DNA from: Octopus sinensis
Lineage: Eukaryota
DNA: 10,923 nt
Assembly: GCF_006345805.1 (NCBI RefSeq)
Contig: NW_021827249.1
Span: forward strand, 1-10,923
Reading direction: 5' to 3'
A model generated the notes under the pieces. It saw only the letters and a program-made list of their open reading frames with translations. It searched no databases and was not told the origin of the DNA. Numbering within the stretch: position 1 is the first letter of the stretch; the number at the start of each line of letters is the position of its first letter. Shown piece after piece: positions 7,471 to 10,923 of this stretch. Both the position numbers and the translations under genes were made by a program.

Positions 7471-7729
7471 CATGTGTTTTATTTTTTCATAAAATGCTTT
7501 GGGCGGTGGTAATCGTCAAAAGATGCAAATGTAATGGAGGAGCGAAGACAGGAAGAAAAAAAAAAGCGCAAAGAAAATGCGAAATCGTTCTCAGAAACCC
7601 GTGACTATGTATTAACACCGATAATTATGTGTGATGCATTTATGTACAAGCGTTCATAGATAAGCAGATATGCATATGTTCGTATACGAAAGTCCACATC
7701 TGCGCACTTACGAATCTGATTATGTACGC

Positions 7730-8353
7730 ATATGTATATGTTATGTATATTATATAGTATATATATATATAAGTATATGTATATGTGATAATATATATAT
7801 TTTATAGATATATATATATTATATATATATATATGTTTATATATGTATATATATATATTATATATATAATATTATATATATATATATATATATATAGGTG
7901 TGTGTGGTGTGTGGGTGTGTATATATGTATAGATATATATGTATTATATATGTTTATATATATATATGATCTATATATGTTTATATATATGTTATGTATA
8001 TGTATGTATATGTATATATATATATGTAATAGGTATATATACGTATATATATATATATATATGTATATAAATATTTTAATATGTGTATATATATTTATGT
8101 GTGTGTGTGTGTGTCTCTCTCTATATATATACATATATATATATATATGCATATATAATTATATACATACATACACACACATACACACACATACACACAT
8201 ATATATATGCACACATATATATATAAAAAACGTAAATATATGCATAGACGTACATATACAGTCGTATATGCACCTATCCACATATATACACATACGTATT
8301 TGGTTGGTGTAAAGACTTACACACACGCACAAACACACACACACATACATACA

Positions 8354-8401
<48 letters not shown>

Positions 8402-8500
8402 CGTATGTATACACACATACCTATTTAGATATATACGTACGCACATTTTCTGGTGTATACACACACAAACAGACATACACATACATACAAAAATATAGAC
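7730..8500. repeat. Compound (TA)n/(TG)n/(TACA)n/(CA)n block
   Basis: Directly visible low-complexity runs with short unique interruptions. Confidence 0.93.
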
Positions 8501-8840
8501 ATATACACCCACGTAAAAAAAAAAACCGCTCATAATTGCACGTACACGCCATGACATTTCTCTGCACCGATGTTTCACATGTTAAGAATTTTAAAAAGAT
8601 TGTTAACATGCTGAGAACGAAAGAAACCTATAGGCTGTGACAGTATACAAGTTCATGATTGCACAAACGGTGATATCTTTAATGTATGCCGTTCATATGT
8701 ACATGTTGAGATGTTGTGCATTCATGCAGTACAGCGACGAATCACTTTACTAAATATATTTCAGAACGGTTTCGGTTTTAGCTAACGTTGTACAGATACG
8801 TCAAGAATTAGTTTATTTTTATTTCTCTGAGCACGTTAAT

Positions 8841-9656
<816 letters not shown>

Positions 9657-9794
9657 GAGATCCATTCTGCCCGTTTGTATAATATAATTCACATAGATAC
9701 AAAAAAAAAAAAAATGAAAGAGATGAAAGAAAAATCATAGCCCCGACTACCTGTCGCGCCGTTTTACACTCCCAGTCATTTAATATTTCGTTTG

Positions 9795-9854
9795 GATGAA
9801 CTAAAATTCTACTGAACTAAATTTTTGATTAACTAAAGTTTAGATGAACTAAAA
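9795..9854 (+). repeat. 16-bp minisatellite, about 3.75 units
   Basis: Units at 9795 GATGAACTAAAATTCT, 9811 ACTGAACTAAATTTTT, 9827 GATTAACTAAAGTTTA and 9843 GATGAACTAAAA. Confidence 0.8.
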
Positions 9855-10024
9855 GACATTTCGTTCGTCTTTACGATCTGTGTTCAAATTCTGCTGAGGT
9901 CGACTTTGCCTTTCATCGTTTCGGGGTCGATAAATTAAGTAGCCATTACGTGCTGGGGTCAATCTAATCGACTGGTCCCCTCCCCCCAAATTTCAGGCCT
10001 TGTGCCTAGAGTAGAAAACAATAT
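9855..10024 (+). mobile_element. Family 3 SINE monomer M1 (5'-truncated, tail type b)
   Basis: Body GAGGTCGACTTTGCCTTTCATC...GGGGTCGATAAATTAAGTA, with tail TGGTCCCCTCCCCCCAAATTTCAGGCCTTGTGCCTAGAGTAGAAAACAATAT. Confidence 0.88.
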
Positions 10025-10041
10025 CATATGAATTAATTTTA

Positions 10042-10273
10042 AGGCGGCGAGCTGGGAGAATCGTTAGCACGCCGGGCGAAATGCTTAGCGGTATTTCGTC
10101 TGCTGCTACGTTCTGGGTTCAAATTCCGCCAAGGTCGACTTTGCTTTTTATCCTATCGGGGTCGATAAATTAAGTACCAGTTACGCACTGGCGTCGATAT
10201 AATCAACTTAATCCGTTTGTCTGTCCTTGTTTGTCCCCTCTATGTTTAGCCCCTTGTAGGCAATAAAGAAATA
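10042..10273 (+). mobile_element. Family 3 SINE monomer M2 (full length, tail type a)
   Basis: Head AGGCGGCGAGCTGGGAGAATCG, B box GGGTTCAAATTCC, and tail TCCGTTTGTCTGTCCTTG...AAAGAAATA, the same tail type as the 3815-4230 dimer. Confidence 0.92.
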
Positions 10274-10475
10274 AGAATCGTTCGCATACCGGGCAAAATG
10301 CTTAGTGACATTTCGTTCGTCTTTACGATCTGTGTTCAAATTCTGCTGAGGTCGGCTTTGCCTTTCATCCTTTCGGGATCGATAAATTAAGTACCAGTTA
10401 CGTTCTGGGGTCAATCTAATCGACTGGTCCCCTCCCTCAACATTTCGGGCCTTGTGCCTAGAATAGAAACAATAT
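10274..10475 (+). mobile_element. Family 3 SINE monomer M3 (head clipped, tail type b)
   Basis: It begins at AGAATCGTT directly after the M2 tail and has the same tail as M1. 10307-10354 is identical to 9855-9902. Confidence 0.9.
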
Positions 10476-10488
10476 ATGTGTTAATTGT

Positions 10489-10704
10489 AAGGCAGAATCA
10501 TTAATTAGTATGTCGGGCAAAATGCTTGAGCGGTATTTCGTCCATCTTTACGATCTGTGTTCAAATTCCGCTGAGGTCTACTTTGCCTTTCATCCTTTCG
10601 TGGGGGTCGATGAGATAAGTACCAATTGCGTACAGGGGTCGATCACATCGACTTACTCACTCCCTTGAAATTGTTGCTCGTGTGCCAAATTTTGAAGCCA
10701 GCAT
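10489..10704 (+). mobile_element. Family 3 SINE monomer M4 (degenerate head, tail type c)
   Basis: Head AAGGCAGAATC...GGGCAAAATGCTT, body CTTTGCCTTTCATCCTTTCG...GGGGTCGAT, and a distinct tail ACTCACTCCCTTGAAATTGTTGCTCGTGTGCCAAATTTTGAAG. The right end is approximate. Confidence 0.85.
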
Positions 10705-10923
10705 CTGCTAATATCGATTTCCAGTATTTACAAAGTCGTTAAGCATGATCCAGACATGGAAAATAGATCGATATTCTGGCAACTGTACAAGTTAGCATAG
10801 ATTGCTATCTCTTAGGTTAATGATCAACGTTTTGGAAGTGGATTATTGGAACTGTGAGGGTTTCCTCTTTTCTTTGGTTCTGTATATGTATGAGGATTTG
10901 TGTGTATGTGTGCAAGTACGTTT

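Overview
Repeat-dense, AT-rich eukaryotic DNA, most likely from an octopus (inferred from recognition of the tRNA-derived SINE families). Most of the window is microsatellite plus transposon debris: two copies of a tRNA/CORE-type SINE (66-765, 4500-4923), a head fragment of a second CORE-type family (4423-4493), a TSD-bounded dimer (3815-4230) and a four-monomer array (9855-10704) of a third SINE family, the 3' end of a CR1/L2-group LINE (3215-3676), RTE-like LINE scraps (6330-6471), and a Tc1-like transposase remnant split by a complete 695-bp non-autonomous Helitron (5577-6271) that carries five ~102-bp tandem units. Almost all ORFs in the supplied track are microsatellite artefacts. No host gene can be named, but several small phase-compatible minus-strand exons with good splice signals (3175-3114, 2120-2070, 1370 onward, possibly 6724-6645) may encode part of a cysteine-containing protein. 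That model is tentative. All family names come from memory and were not checked against a database.
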